Shown in pieces: positions 35,001 to 47,200 of a DNA stretch of 64,000 nt. The notes beneath the pieces were generated by a model. It searched no databases and was not told the origin of the DNA. It saw only the letters and a list, made by a program, of their open reading frames with translations. The number at the start of each line of letters is the position of its first letter. Positions within the stretch are counted from its first letter, which is position 1. Source of the DNA: Amoebophrya sp. A120 (lineage: Eukaryota; Protista; Dinoflagellata); contig CAJINV010000012.1 in NCBI GenBank assembly GCA_905178155.1, positions 2,072,166 to 2,136,165 on the forward strand, read 5' to 3'. A program made the position numbers and the translations under genes.

Positions 35001-37824
35001 ATTATTCTTCATCTCCTTGTTCTTCTTCGCAAAGTAGTCCGCATACTCCTATCCTGTGCAAAAGTATCGTACTCGTATAATTGCAATCATGCATTACAAA
35101 TTTTTTTCTAAGGGTGCATTCGCATTACAAATTTGATTTCTCATGCTGAGGGAATTTGTCATGCATTTATACGAGTACGATAATTTTGCAATTCATAACT
35201 CCTGTTCTGCAGCGATTTTATCCGCTTTCAAGTATTTATCCCGTGTGCAAAATCATCCTATGCTTGTAGTAATCTTTATCCGATGAATCATGCATAGGAT
35301 AGTTCCCAAGATAAATCAGCATGACCACACAGCATTCCGTGTCTCTTCTTGCTGAGCCACTTTGTAAGTACTATTGCAATTACTACTAGCAGGATACAAC
35401 TTTTACTTTTGCAATTGATAGTATTCCACCTGGTCTTCAAATTTGAAGAGCTCCTCTTTCGTCTTTTTCACGTCGGTTTTCAAGTCCTGCTTCCTACCGG
35501 TTAGTTTCGTCATATCAACTCCAAAAGTGTCTGGGTCTGGAAGGGTCATGCTGTTTTTGCATGACACACAAGGTCTGGCATGGAAGCTCTAGCATCACAG
35601 GTCTCCAGAAGCTTCCGAAATGCCGAATCCGCATCACAAATCCCCCATTTTGGTGACAGAAAGTGGGCAGCTTTTGCTGCCTAAGCATGAGAGATTTTTC
35701 TGTGTTCTGAAATGCGCATCACAAGTTTGTACTCTTCCAGACCCAGACGTTTTTGCAATTGATACGTCAGCCGCAGCTCCAACACATTCTTCTCCGACGT
35801 AAACAGCCCCATCTTGCTGGTCGCGTCCTTCAGCTCATAGTCCGCGATTTTCGCTTCAAGCTGTTTCTTCTTCACTGTGAGTTGTTCAAATTTTTCCAGC
35901 TCCTCTTTGTCAATCATCAGCTCGTTAATCTTCTTATCCAGGGATTCGACCAGCTCTTTATCAAATGCAAAAAGGTCTGGGTCTGGAAGGATGTGAAGTT
36001 GTGATGCGCATTTCACAACACACAAAAACCTTTCATGCATAGGCAGCAAAAGATGCCCACTTCCTAGCACCAAAGGGGGGCAATTGTCATGCCGATTAGG
36101 CATGGCGAAACTTTCTCGAAACCTGTGATGCTAGGCCTTCCATGCCACCAGACCTTCTGTGTCATGCAAAAACAGCATGACATCTTCCAGACCCAGACTA
36201 CATAATTTGCATTTGATACTCTTTTCCGTAAACCAACTGCTTCTCCTCGATCTCTTTCAATTGCTGGATCGCCAGCTCTATCGAGTACAAAAATGTCTGG
36301 GTCTGGAAACTTGTAATGCTAAAAGTGAATGATAGACGCACTGGAATACGCCGCTATGCATATTCCGCATGGCAAACTGCGTTTTTGCAGGACAGGTAAG
36401 AGGGTTTTTTCGTGCCTATGCAACACAGATTCTCGAGCCATGCCAGACAAGCATGACAAACTTGCATTCTTCCAGACTCAGACATATTTGCATTTGATAA
36501 ACTCCCGCCTTTCGTCGAATTTGCTGATCCCCAAAAAGTCCTCCATGTACTTCAGCCTCTGCTTGCTGTTCATCGCCTGTCCTGTGCAAAAGTATCGCGC
36601 TCGTAGTAAAAATTGCAGCTATGCATTACAGAGCTTTTTCTTAAGGCAAATCCGCATTACAAATTCCATTCCTAATGCTGAGCAAATTTGTCATGCAGTT
36701 TATACTACTAGCACGATACTTTTGCAATTCATATTGCCCCCAGCTCCGCGATTTTGCCCTGTTTGATGCACCAGTAGGGAAAAGAGTTCAGCGCGCCGAT
36801 GCCGCACTGCTCCAACAAGTCCGACACGGTTTGCTTATCAATCGCTTTGTCGTTTAGCGTGTAGTTTTTGCTGATGATAAACCTTTTCAGTTTCAGCTGC
36901 TTGTTCTTTGTAGAATTGTTTTCCTGGTTTAATATCAAGTTTTGCGGATTGCTGTTGTTGTTTTTGTTCGCAACGAAATACTGCTCCACAATGGCCGTGT
37001 AGGACTCCATATTTTTCGGCACCTCGAACACTAACTCGACGTAGTACTGCCTGTCATCGATGCCGCCTTGCTGTGCAGCGGCCACAACTGCTTTATTTCC
37101 ACCCGCCCCGCCGGCAGATACACTGGTGTTGACATTCTGAAACTCGCCCTCGTGCAGAACAGATAAGTTGTTATTTTTGTTCGCAGAACGTGCAGCTGCT
37201 CCCGCAGCATTCTTCTTGTTCCCCGAGGGGCCGTTATTTCCCCCGACCTGGACAGTCAAAACGTTGTCCGACAGCACAAACAAAATGTATGGCGTTCTCA
37301 AACGTTAATACATGCTCAACTGCTACATGAGTTTGTGACGCAAGAGCCGCAACAGTGAAAGGGGCAAGCAGCTTGCAACTCTCGCATCACAAATTCGGCA
37401 CAGATTTAGGTGCTGTTTAGGCCGCCTTCGGGGATTTGTCATGCGAGGTAGCTTGATCGTCTGGTGGCTCATAGTAATTTTGCATGACAAATCATGTAAC
37501 AAACAGCTGAGAATGTAACGTTTGAGAATCCCATTGCCATAAAATGGCATCCAGCACGTTCGATTTTCCGGCGCCGTATCCTGTGCAAAAGTATCGCACT
37601 CATAGTGCAGCCATGCATTGCAAATCTTTTTCTTTAGGTGCGTCAGCATTACAAATTTTATTTCTCACGCTGAGGAAATTTGTAATGCATTTATACGAGT
37701 ACGATATTTTTGCAGTTCATACGCCGTTGTAGCCAACGATGAGATTCCGCCCCGGGTGAAACTCCTTCTTTCCGCTCTGCTTGTACGTCTTGAAACCCGC
37801 AATCTCCACCGAACGGAGCCACAT
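26046..37824 (-). CDS. SMC3: Structural maintenance of chromosomes protein, most like cohesin SMC3; about 30 introners plus 2 GT-AG introns
   Basis: MWLRSVEIAGFKTY, Walker A IVGYNG|AGKSN, IKQGKI, hinge IEC|VPLDRL and CI|TLDGD, signature LSGGQKT, Walker B PAPFYLLDE|VDAALDPEYR, QLLITSFRPEL; stop at 26048-26046. Confidence 0.85.
26123..26289. mobile_element. Introner-like element, family B (degenerate)
   Basis: B-type ends; DR diverged (GCTGG/ATTGT) but removing the element plus 5 nt restores frame (ENHN|RVSTI). Confidence 0.65.
26542..26798. mobile_element. Introner-like element, family A
   Basis: DR TTCAC/TTCAC. Confidence 0.9.
26894..27170. mobile_element. Introner-like element, family F, in Walker B
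   Basis: DR AACTC/ACCTC. Confidence 0.85.
27236..27488. mobile_element. Introner-like element, family D
   Basis: TIR TATGGCGCTCTCAAACGTTACATTCTCAACTGTTACATG; DR AGGGC/AGGGC. Confidence 0.9.
27703..27855. mobile_element. Introner-like element, family B
   Basis: DR CCCGG/GCCGG. Confidence 0.85.
28121..28411. mobile_element. Introner-like element, family G
   Basis: TATGAGAATGCACAAG...CTTGTGCACCACTCTGATA; DR CCAAC/CCGAC. Confidence 0.8.
28871..29191. mobile_element. Introner-like element, family E
   Basis: DR AATCT/AATCT. Confidence 0.9.
29237..29538. mobile_element. Introner-like element, family H
   Basis: DR TCCCA/TCCCA. Confidence 0.9.
29577..29812. mobile_element. Introner-like element, family D
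   Basis: DR TCGAC/TCGAG. Confidence 0.9.
29942..30092. mobile_element. Introner-like element, family B
   Basis: DR GCTTT/GCTTT. Confidence 0.9.
30211..30358. mobile_element. Introner-like element, family B
   Basis: DR AGTGT/AGTTC. Confidence 0.85.
30465..30663 (-). other. Canonical GT-AG intron in SMC3
   Basis: G|GTACTT...CCCAG|GT; AT-rich, no TIR; frame restored. Confidence 0.7.
30730..30891. mobile_element. Introner-like element, family B
   Basis: DR CGTCA/CAGCA. Confidence 0.8.
31150..31411. mobile_element. Introner-like element, family A
   Basis: DR TGCAG/TGCAG. Confidence 0.9.
31502..31655. mobile_element. Introner-like element, family B
   Basis: DR TGACG/TGATG. Confidence 0.85.
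31746..31956. mobile_element. Introner-like element, family C
   Basis: DR GACCG/GACGG. Confidence 0.85.
32024..32349. mobile_element. Introner-like element, family E
   Basis: DR TGTTC/TGTTC. Confidence 0.9.
32564..32818. mobile_element. Introner-like element, family A
   Basis: DR TGCGC/TGCGC. Confidence 0.9.
32874..33136. mobile_element. Introner-like element, family A
   Basis: DR ACACT/ACACT. Confidence 0.9.
33515..33712 (-). other. Canonical GT-AG intron in SMC3
   Basis: CAA|GTATAG...CCCCCAG|GCT; no TIR; frame restored. Confidence 0.7.
33761..33907. mobile_element. Introner-like element, family B
   Basis: DR TCTTT/GCTTC; frame restored. Confidence 0.8.
33963..34224. mobile_element. Introner-like element, family A
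   Basis: DR CTTCT/CTTCT. Confidence 0.9.
34268..34490. mobile_element. Introner-like element, family B (degenerate)
   Basis: TATGCACTGC...GCATTGCATA; DR TCAGT/TCAGT. Confidence 0.8.
34849..34983. mobile_element. Introner-like element, family B
   Basis: DR ATCCC/ATCCC. Confidence 0.9.
35050..35197. mobile_element. Introner-like element, family B
   Basis: DR ACTCC/ACTCC. Confidence 0.9.
35237..35420. mobile_element. Introner-like element, family B (degenerate)
   Basis: DR GTATT/GTATT. Confidence 0.85.
35513..35764. mobile_element. Introner-like element, family A
   Basis: DR CGTCA/CGTCA. Confidence 0.9.
35959..36218. mobile_element. Introner-like element, family A (opposite orientation to 35513-35764)
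   Basis: DR CTCTT/CTCTT. Confidence 0.9.
36279..36499. mobile_element. Introner-like element, family A
   Basis: DR AGCTC/AACTC. Confidence 0.85.
36578..36733. mobile_element. Introner-like element, family B
   Basis: Starts TGT; DR TCGCC/TTGCC. Confidence 0.85.
37288..37541. mobile_element. Introner-like element, family D
   Basis: DR AAATG/AAATG. Confidence 0.9.
37577..37721. mobile_element. Introner-like element, family B, in Walker A
   Basis: DR CGCCG/CGCCG. Confidence 0.9.
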
Positions 37825-39044
37825 TTTGTAGTTCTTGACAGTGTAGTTCTTGCTGCCTTATTTCCAAGTGGGCTAAAATTAAAAAACGAAAAAATAAAGT
37901 GTGGTACAATAAAGCGTAACCTTCGGAGGTGTTCTACTTCGTTGCTGTAAAAAAATTATCGTCCTCTCGGTCAACCGAGCTTTACAATTTGGGTCTTCTT
38001 CACGACATGAGCTTCCTATCGCCAAGCGATCTAGCTTTTTCTACTAACTTGGCAATGAATATGAAACCTCCTAACTTTCGGGGACAAGAGAAACCGCTTT
38101 GCGAGGATCCGCAAGAACCTGGAGGCCTCCAAATATATTGTTTTGGGTGCCCGTTTGACATTTTTGACTCGGTTTGCAATCAGTATTTCCCTCCAACAGC
38201 AATTCCCGTTTTTAATGCGATCTTAAACAAGAAACGCTCAGACGACTCTCGATGCGACTCCAAAAAATACGACTTCTGAAAAACGCCAAGATAGAAAGAA
38301 AAGAGCAGGCCGAAGATGAAAAAACAACAGATTCCTTTCGCAACGAATGTTATAGCTTGTTGGAAAAATAAGGTGTTGAAGCACTCGAGGATAAAACAGC
38401 TAAGCATGAAAAAACCGCCATCGTCCAGCGCAGCAACAAGGCCGCATCTACGCGAACGCAGCGAAGGAGGGTCAACAATAGAGCACATGGGAGCTGCTGC
38501 TCAGAAATGCGTGCTCTATCAGGTAAAGATTCAATCTTTTTATTTTCGTTTTTCGATGAAAATTCATCTCATCATGAGAGTTCTTACAATTTTCCTGTCG
38601 GGTGCGTCGTCCTGGCCCCAGGTTCTAGTCTTCAAACCAAAATCGTCATCAGTCGTACAGTTTTCTCAGATGCGTATTCACTTTTTTGTTGTAAAACGCG
38701 GTGACGTCTTTTTCAAATTTGCTCGTCTTCGCCGTGAGTTCTTTCAGCTCCTTGGCGATTTCTTTTTTTAACTTGTCGTTTTCTTCTTTATTCTCCTCGA
38801 GCTGGGAAAGGACAAGCATCTGATTCTCGTACCTGGTGTTAGTTTTACTTTTTGATTTTGTCCTTGGGATATAGGATATACACGTTCATCCTGTGTGATA
38901 AAATGGTCATGTTGGAGGAGAGTGTCCGCATCACGACACCATCACGAGAACAAGGACCACACGACTCAAAAACGAATAAACAATGTAGAAAATACAAATA
39001 CAGGTTGAATCACGCAAATTGATGATGATGAAGGTCAAAATTAT

Positions 39045-41486
39045 CTAAATCCATCTATATACGCTCGCTTGAGGAAGACGATCAGCTTCGAGGTCGGGAG
39101 TCGCTGCAGATTCAAGAAACAAGGGCAGCTCTTGGCGGGTCGCATGTCGATTATTTTGTGATCGTTTTCGTTTCGGAACATCCCCGGGAAGTTCCCTAAT
39201 TGCCAAACTTTTGACAGCATCAAATGCAAATATGTCTGGGTCTGGAAATTTGTGATGCAAGGAAGGGAATAGTGAGCTCACTGTAATGCGCTGCCAAGCA
39301 TGATAAGTTTTTTGCATGGTTCTGAGTTGCGTATTCCGCATGAGAGCCTGTGTTTTTGCATGACAGGGAGTAGCAGCTCTTCGCGGCCGCGCAATACAGA
39401 GCTCACATTCATGCAAGACTAGCATGACAAGTCTCGGAATCTCCCAAACCCAGACATTTTTGCATTTGATAGCCAGCCCGTCCGCGTCTACTGAAGGTGC
39501 GCTGATCCAGGTGCTCACCGGCACCTCACGGTAACCTGGATGACATAATTATCGCTATCCATACTACTAGCTGTGGTCTACTTTGTGCAAGAAAACGGCT
39601 AAATCTGGTGGTCCTGGCACAGCAACTCTGTGATACGACTATCCTTCAACAAGATGAAAGTACATAGGCCTGAGGAGCCTAGGTCAAGGCAGCGGCTCCA
39701 TCATGGTCATGCAGAAAGAAGCACATCAATACAGCTGCGCACGCGCAGCTGCTGCAAATATTAAAAAACTAGGCCAGAAAACAAACAAACCTTTCTTCGC
39801 AAGCGCTGTTTTGTAGTCGTAACCTGCCGGTGGCCATTGCGGGAAGACAAACCACCACCGAGAAAGAATATCCTGTGCAAAAGTATCGTAGTCGTACTAA
39901 TTGCAGTCCTGCATGACAAACCTGCTTCCTTCGCAAAATCAGCATTACAAGTTCCATTTTTGCTTCTGGAAAAATTTGTAATGCGATTCATACGTAGTAC
40001 GATAGTTTTGCAATGCATAAAGAAGCTGCGAAATCAATTCGGGTTTTCGCAGCAAGCCCTCGTGTCTTTGCAATGATGTCGACCAACCATTCACCTCGCG
40101 CGCGTCTTCTGACTCTGTCTTCTTGTCGTGGGCATCCTGTGATAGTTGTCGTGGAGTTATTTTTCCGTAATTGATGCACTTGGATTGAGTTTGATGTCTT
40201 TGTTGCCGTCGAAAATGGAAATCGAAACAATACAGGAACAATGCGGCCAGCAGATGACGAGCTTTTCATCCGCCCTCGTCTGAAGATGAGCAGATGCGTC
40301 TTTATTTCATGATTTCGTCAGCAAGAGAAAAGGACAGGGTTATCTTTGGCTCAGTCGCAGACGCAGACTTATCAACATAAGATTAAGAATGAAGCAGTCG
40401 CAGTCCTAGTCCATAGATTATAGTACCGCGTCACACATGGGCACGTCGTCTTCTCCCTCGTGTTATCAACTGCAAAAGTGTCTGGGTCTGGAAGGATGCA
40501 ACTTCTTATGCTGATTTTGGATTCTAAAAAAATCTATATTGCATGAACAGCAGAAGAGGTGCGTTTTGTGCTACGCAAGGAGGGCATTTCTCATGCAGTA
40601 TGAGCATCAGAAAACCCTCGCGGAATCTTTGAGGCTAGGGCATGCATCACAGACCTCATGGGTCATGCAAAATCTGCATGACAAACTCCTGGATTCTTCC
40701 AGACCCAGACATATTTGCAATGCATACGTGTAGCGGTAGAAGCCTGTCTTTCGGCGGAAAAACTGGCTCGGAGATTTTCGGCAGTTTCGGTTTCGGCCTC
40801 TCAGTATCCTGTGCAAATCATGTATCGTTCTCGTATTGCAATCATGCATTCCAAATCTTTTCCTTAGGGTAAATTCGCATTACAAATTTCATTTCTCATG
40901 CTGAGGAAATTTGTAATGCAGTCATACGAGTGCGATACTTTTGCATTTCATACTCAGGTGCACCATCGTCCTTCTGATTCATCTCGCCCTCGTTGTCGCT
41001 GGTCTTCATGGTGATGTCTATATCGCCGGTGTTATCAAATGCAAATATGTCTGGGTCTGGAAACTTGTGATGCTGGTTGGGAAAGACGCGGACGCCTCAA
41101 TTGGCTGGCAAGCATGACAAGTTTTGGAGGTGCTACAGTCAGGGCTTTTCTGCATGACAAAGTGAGCTTTTGCATGACAGACAAGCTAGCCTTTTGGGTC
41201 ATGTGCATGACAGACTTGAGAGTCATCCATGTCAGACAAGCATGACAAACTTTCATTCTTCCAGACCCAGACATATTTGCAGTTCATAGGTGTCCTGCAG
41301 GACCAACTTATTTTTGTTCCCCGCGGCGGTTTTCATGGCTGTTTTTATCGCTCCTCTTGCCGCGCTGCCCGGTCGGCTCGAGGCAGCGCCGCCTTTCTGC
41401 ACATCGGGTTTAGTTGCTGCAGCGGCCCTCCCATGCGGCGGCTTGCTGGTGGAGTCGATTGACTTACTCGCGTTCTTTTCTGGCAT
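39045..41486 (-). CDS. Hypothetical protein (MPEKNASKS...); first four exons splice cleanly, 3' part unresolved (possibly two genes)
   Basis: Frame restored across 41033-41288, 40805-40952 and 40464-40726; possible GT-AG intron 40280-40426; no recognised domain. Confidence 0.45.
39218..39471. mobile_element. Introner-like element, family A
   Basis: Starts CAT; DR GACAG/GCCAG. Confidence 0.8.
39869..40019. mobile_element. Introner-like element, family B
   Basis: DR AAGAA/AAGAA. Confidence 0.9.
40464..40726. mobile_element. Introner-like element, family A
   Basis: DR CGTGT/CGTGT. Confidence 0.9.
40805..40952. mobile_element. Introner-like element, family B
   Basis: DR CTCAG/CTCAG. Confidence 0.9.
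41033..41288. mobile_element. Introner-like element, family A
   Basis: DR GGTGT/GGTGT. Confidence 0.9.
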
Positions 41487-42299
41487 TTTAATTATTTATG
41501 AAGCTGAAACTGATTTATGAGAATTCTTGGGGACAACGACAAGTACAAGTAGTTGGATGTTGTCGTGCTACATAATAAAGTTCGAGTATAGATGAAAATG
41601 GGCTCTAATGACAATGAGTAGTAGATCTACTACGCAAGAAGAAAAGTCTTCTTGCTAAAGAAAAGCCGGGAGATATGTTGAGAGTCGCTGAGTAAATAGC
41701 TGCGTTTTAGTTTTACTTGTTCTTTGCACCATGATCTATTTGAAAGTCAAAGTAGCACCAGCAGGTGCGATCATATCCTTGCCGAGTCACCAGTATTAAA
41801 AAAGTAACTCTCGTATACTTTCAGTGAGCTCATCTTCAATATCGCCCACCTTTAGTAGAAGCATTGAACTTGTTACGAGATACTTCTTTGGCTGATCACG
41901 TAAAATAATATCATCTGGACTACTTAGGACTAGATAGATTTAAGGCCGTGAAGCTCGAATACAGATCGTGAGACTTGAACTTGTTGTTCTGAAGATCATC
42001 TACTACGTTTTTCTGAACTCCTGAGCAGCCAGGCGAACCGACGACGGTATGCACCTCCAGGCAGCACAACTGCACTACCCCTGAAGGAGAAGCTTGCTCG
42101 ATGTTGATCTAGGTCCTTGCGCTGCTTGCTCCTGGAAGTGTAACTTGTATCGACCACCTCGCTTCACGACAACAAGTAGAACAACAACGAACCATTGGCA
42201 ATATGGTCCGAGGATGCTGAGAGACAGACGACGCCCGCCGTCCGAAGCTGCAGAGCGAAACAATTTCTGTTCGCCGTTTCTCGTCGGTCGACAGTAGCT

Positions 42300-43690
42300 A
42301 GCACCATAAGAGTGGGCCACGGGGGACAAGGGTGGGTGAATGACAAGGAAAGCGACATACTATTGCAGGAGCAGCCACACACAGGGGCTGCATTAAGGCC
42401 CACACCGCATGGCCATGAGTATGCTTGCTTGATCCATTCACAGAGCTTCGCAGCCGTACCCGGGCGGGCGGCGCGGACATACAACGCCGGCCAAGCGGCC
42501 CCTGAAATGACGGGCGCCATGGATCATGCAGTTGTTGCTTGGCTTGCCAGGCTTGGCACTGCCCGGGCCCGGCGCGGCGGGGGCCCAACCGCAAGCATGC
42601 AAAACAAAGGAGGGGGCCGCCACATGCAAAGGCACTAGAGCAGGGCCACCCCTGGGGCCCCCCGCGCTGTCGATCAACCGCCACAACGGGCGACCGAGGG
42701 CGCAAGGGGCGGGGCGGGAGGTGACAGGCCCGGCGGCCGGGCGGGTAGACAGACAGAGAGACAGACGGCGAGCGGCGCCGGCCCCCGCCGTGTCGCTCGT
42801 CGTGTTGTGAGTGTATGGCTCACCGCGGTCGCCCGGCCCACCGAAAGGGCTCGCCCCCTTCAAATCGCGACGCCAGGAGCCCAGCCCGCGGAGGTTTTTG
42901 ATCTCGCGGCCGCGCGCGCCCCGCCCAAGCGGCGCAGTTGGTACGTCGCGAGCACCACCCCCCCCCCCCCCCCGGCCGGGCCGCAAGCGCCAGGGCGAAC
43001 GGGCCGGGCGCCCCCCTGCCGTGCAACGCCGCCCGCGCCCCCGCGTCCGGCCCGCGAATTTGGCGGCATATTTACGGGGCCCCCACCAGCGCCAAGGGAA
43101 GGGGGAACCGGCCCCGACCGCCCTCCGAGGCTGGCAATGTCGCGCGATGGCCCCAAGCTATACCCTGGGCGGCGGCTTTTCCAGATCGCGCGCGCCACCC
43201 TCTCCCGTCCCCGCCCGCGCCCAGCAGGGGCCTCCGCCCCCTGGGCGCGCTGTCTGCGCAATACTTCTCGCACATGCTGCGGAGCAAATATCTGGCATCA
43301 ACCTTCCGTCACCCTGTAAGTGGCAGAAGAAACACGCCAAACTTCCAGCCGGACAACTGCGCCGAGGAAATGTCTCACGCGCCAACGAGTCAACTTCTAT
43401 GCGAAGAGTCGGAAGTCCCGGCATCGCAAACAATTGCCCAGCCCGGGGGCTGCCGAACCTGCCGGAAAACGAAAAACGGCGCCGCAGGCGTGCGCTCCCC
43501 TCACAAAGACCACAGAGGCCCCGCAGGGCGGGCGCGACGCTCCTGAAGGCTTCCGGCGAAGGGCCGCGCGCGCGGCGCTTGCTGACTCCAAGGAACGAAG
43601 GGCGAGCTTCATTCTGCCGACCCTTATACACCAAAAGGGCGGATTCGGATACAGAAGGATACAATAAACAACCGGGGCGAACAACCTTCC
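42300..43690. repeat. Very GC-rich island, probable interspersed repeat or mobile element remnant
   Basis: Sharp GC rise, poly-C run near 42958-42973, ORFs in all six frames without a recognisable domain; boundaries approximate. Confidence 0.4.
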
Positions 43691-44207
43691 TCGTCTCCCT
43701 CTTGTGGGCGCAGAAATTTCAAGAAGCGTCTTCATTTGATGCACTTCGTTTTGATATGTCTTCTACCTTCCACGACGGCACGTCGCCAGTGCTGCCTTTT
43801 CCAGGGCACCAAAATCCATTCTGCGAAAAAGTCGCCAAGCATTTACAAGCCAAAATTTGCATTTGCTTGGTAGTTCCATCCAATTTATTTCAGCAGGCCT
43901 GAGTAATATCCGCAGTCGGAGTCTATGAACAAAAAAACGCAGGAAAACAGAACGTCATAAAGTCATCCTGTTCAGCACAGAAGACAATCTAATGAAAAAC
44001 AGAAATCGTATTCGTACAAGAAATCATACTAGTAGCAAAGAGCTCATCCAGGGCATAAATGAAATAAGCGTATGTAACTAGTAAGAGCTGTGACCGGAAT
44101 CGCCTGCCATCAATAAATAACATCGAGGCCACAAATACTCAACTCGATCCGCCACTGCGCCCGGGTAATTGAGTCGTGTCAGTCTACACTACAACTGTGC
44201 TCCACCA

Positions 44208-47200
44208 TCAGGGTAATACTAGCTCCGGCAGTTGTCTCGCTGGCATCTCTTCGCGCAACGAGTTCCAGTACCGCTGATCCCGTGCTGCAGTAGAGAAAAC
44301 AACACCTCCACCTCCACCTTCCGGTGCCTGCCCCTCCCCTGGCGTGGTTGGCCTCCCCAGGGCGCCGAGGCTGGTTTGTAGTTCCTGTTGGATTCCCACA
44401 TCGTCGTCCGCATGTAGGCCTAGCAAAACAGCTAGATCGTCGCGGATGCTCCTGCGATCCATCTGGTCCATGTGGAGAAATGTTCTCAAGGCAGCATAAT
44501 TAAGATCTTCCCTTCTTGGTTCAAGATCATGTTGAGCGCCTCGCCCTGTAGTAGCCCCCGAGTACTGCCGCCGGGACAGCACGTGGCTGCGTGGATTGCT
44601 TGGCAAGCGCAGAAGCGCAGGAGGAGAGTTGGTTCTTGCACTTCTTCTACCGCGGCCAGGAGCCGCCTCATCTGCTGCTGCTGTAACACCAGTACCAACT
44701 AGAGGACTTGTGTCGATTTTTCCGCCAACTCCGCTCCACAGGTAGGCGCTGGCAACGTCATCATCATTCCCGTATTGTTCCTCGTGACGGTCGTGTACTG
44801 CAGAACCATTCGCAGCTACGGGGGGAACAGTCGGCGTTGTAGGAGCAGCAGGTGGCACAGAACCTGCAGATGAACAAAAATCTTCCGGCACAACTCCCGC
44901 TAAATTTTCCGCCTTGAACCTTTTCCCCGCCTGCTCTCCTGCATCAAAGAACTTCACCGCCCAACGGCCGGAGGGCTCGTCAAAACCGACGACAGTGCCC
45001 TTTTTTCCGTTCAGCTTCGCGCCGGTTGGGCTTTTCAGCTATCAAATGTAAAAATGTCTGGGTCTGGAAGATTCTGAGACTTGTCATGCATGTTTTGCAT
45101 GGGCCATGATGTCTGTGATGCATGCCCTAGCATCACAGATTTTTTCAGGGCATCTTGATGCCTATTCCGCATGACAAATGCCCTATCCTTGTAGCAAGAA
45201 TTATACTCCTTTTGCTACTCATGCAATACAGATTTTTTTTGAATCCAAATGCAGCATCACAAGTTGCATTCTTCCAGACCCAGACATTTTTGCAATCCAT
45301 ATCAGCCCGTGGAGAACCACGGTCTGGCCGGGGTGAAGAGTTTCGGTCTGACTTAGTTGCGCCACTTCTCTCCTGGTCGTCGTTGTGCTAGGCGGAGCGG
45401 GCGGGGGCCCTCGTGGTCCTGGCTCCACTTGCTGTAGTCCCGGTAGAACAGGGAGTTCTTGCATGGCCACGTCCGCGTGCTCTGTTGGCTTTTCAAGTCC
45501 TAAAGCGTATTGGTCCACTACCTGCCACGCCCCTTGCAGCCCTTCTTCGGACCGCACTGCAGGTGAGTCGCAGACGACGCACGGTGTTGACGCAGTCAGT
45601 TCATCGACGGACGACATTGCGCAGTCAGGTCTTGCTTCTTGTACTTCTACAATGATCTCGTCTTGATTCTTTTTGTTCTTCAACATCTTCGTCTGCCCCA
45701 CTTCGACAAGCTCGCCCGGATGTGCAGAGGCTACCAACTTCTTTCCCGCCGCCGCCCCGAGGCGGCCCTCACCGTACATGGACCAATAGGAGTGGTAGCC
45801 AACCGACTCGGGCTGCTTCAGGTAGTTCATTTATGCACTGCAAATTATGTGTCTGGGCCTGGAACAACAGTGTGGACTTTTTAATGCAGTTTTTGCATGC
45901 CCCAGAAGCTCTGGCATGCAAGCACTCATGTTGGCATCACATGTTTTGCGAAGGTTTCCCATTCCCAATTATACCATCTTCCAACCTAGTATCCCGCATG
46001 AAAGGTTCCAGATTTTTTTGAAGATGTAGATGGCGAGAAGTTGTAAGCTTGTTCTTATTTTCCTGTCCATGCATAACGATAACGGATTTTTGTCTGACTT
46101 TGATCCAAAATGCGCACTGCAAGTTGCATCGCATCCTTCCAGACCCAGACATATTTCTTTGCATTCGATATCATCTCCAAAACCGCAATTTCCAGCAGCT
46201 TATCCAGCTCTTCGCGCACTCTATCCTGTGCAAAAGGATCGCACTCCTGCTATAAATCGCAGCCATGCATGACAAATGGAAATCTAAACCTCTACCTTAG
46301 GCTTATCTAGGATGATGACTTGCATTTTTCAACGTGCAAGCCGAAAGATGTGAAATTGTTTGTCATGCTGTTGCTGTTACTTATATTAGTAGTAGTACGA
46401 TATAGTTTTGCAATGCATACACTCCGTTTTCAAACAAATCCCCCTCGTCGTCGCTGTCCTCTTCCGATTTTTTCTTTCGCGCCTCGTGTCTGTCCAACCG
46501 GCCGTGGAACGTTTGGCTGAGGCCGTAGGCGCGCTGCAGCAAAAAGCCCACCGAGGGGGCGGACTGGTAGTTGCCCGCCGTGGCAAGTTTCCGCGCTGCC
46601 GGGCTGAACAGCTCGTAAGTTGCAGCTGTGCGTGCAGCGTCCTGGGTAGTGGCTGCTCCTCGAGAACTACCTGCTTTACCACCTTCATCTTGACCAACAT
46701 CTGTAGGCCCTGCACGACCCGGAAAACATTTCAGCTTGGACTGCTCCGTTTTCAGGAAAATCAGGTCAGTCGGGACGATGTCGGGGAGTTTTTCAACATG
46801 ATCGTTTTCTGTAGAACTTGTGCCAATGTTGATGTACTCGGCGCTCGTCCAGCGACCACCTCCTGCCGGGAGCGTCGGAGGACCGTCCAGAACGCCACTC
46901 AGGATCGCTTTCGGACCGATGCGAAACCAGATGTCGACCCGTTGATCTCTGGCGTCGTAACCAAAATTGCGGAGGTCGACGTTATATCAACTGCTAATAT
47001 GGCTGGGTCTGGAAGAGCCCAAGTTTGTCATGCACATTTTGCAAAAAAATCCGTGATATCTGTGATGTATATGCCTTAGCGTCATAGATTTTCCGAGGAC
47101 TCGTTGATGCCTGTCCCGCATGAGAAATGCCCTGCTCTTCGCGTAAAAAAAACTGGACTCGACGTCTGCCTGATCATGCAAGACAAATTTTGTTGGAATT

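Noticed and set aside
26046-37824. SMC3 as a transposon-riddled pseudogene
   Set aside because: All ATPase motifs are intact and the frame was restored at each junction I translated.
42438-43902. 363-aa and overlapping ORFs as genes
   Set aside because: Stop-codon scarcity is explained by extreme GC content; composition is low-complexity with no domain.
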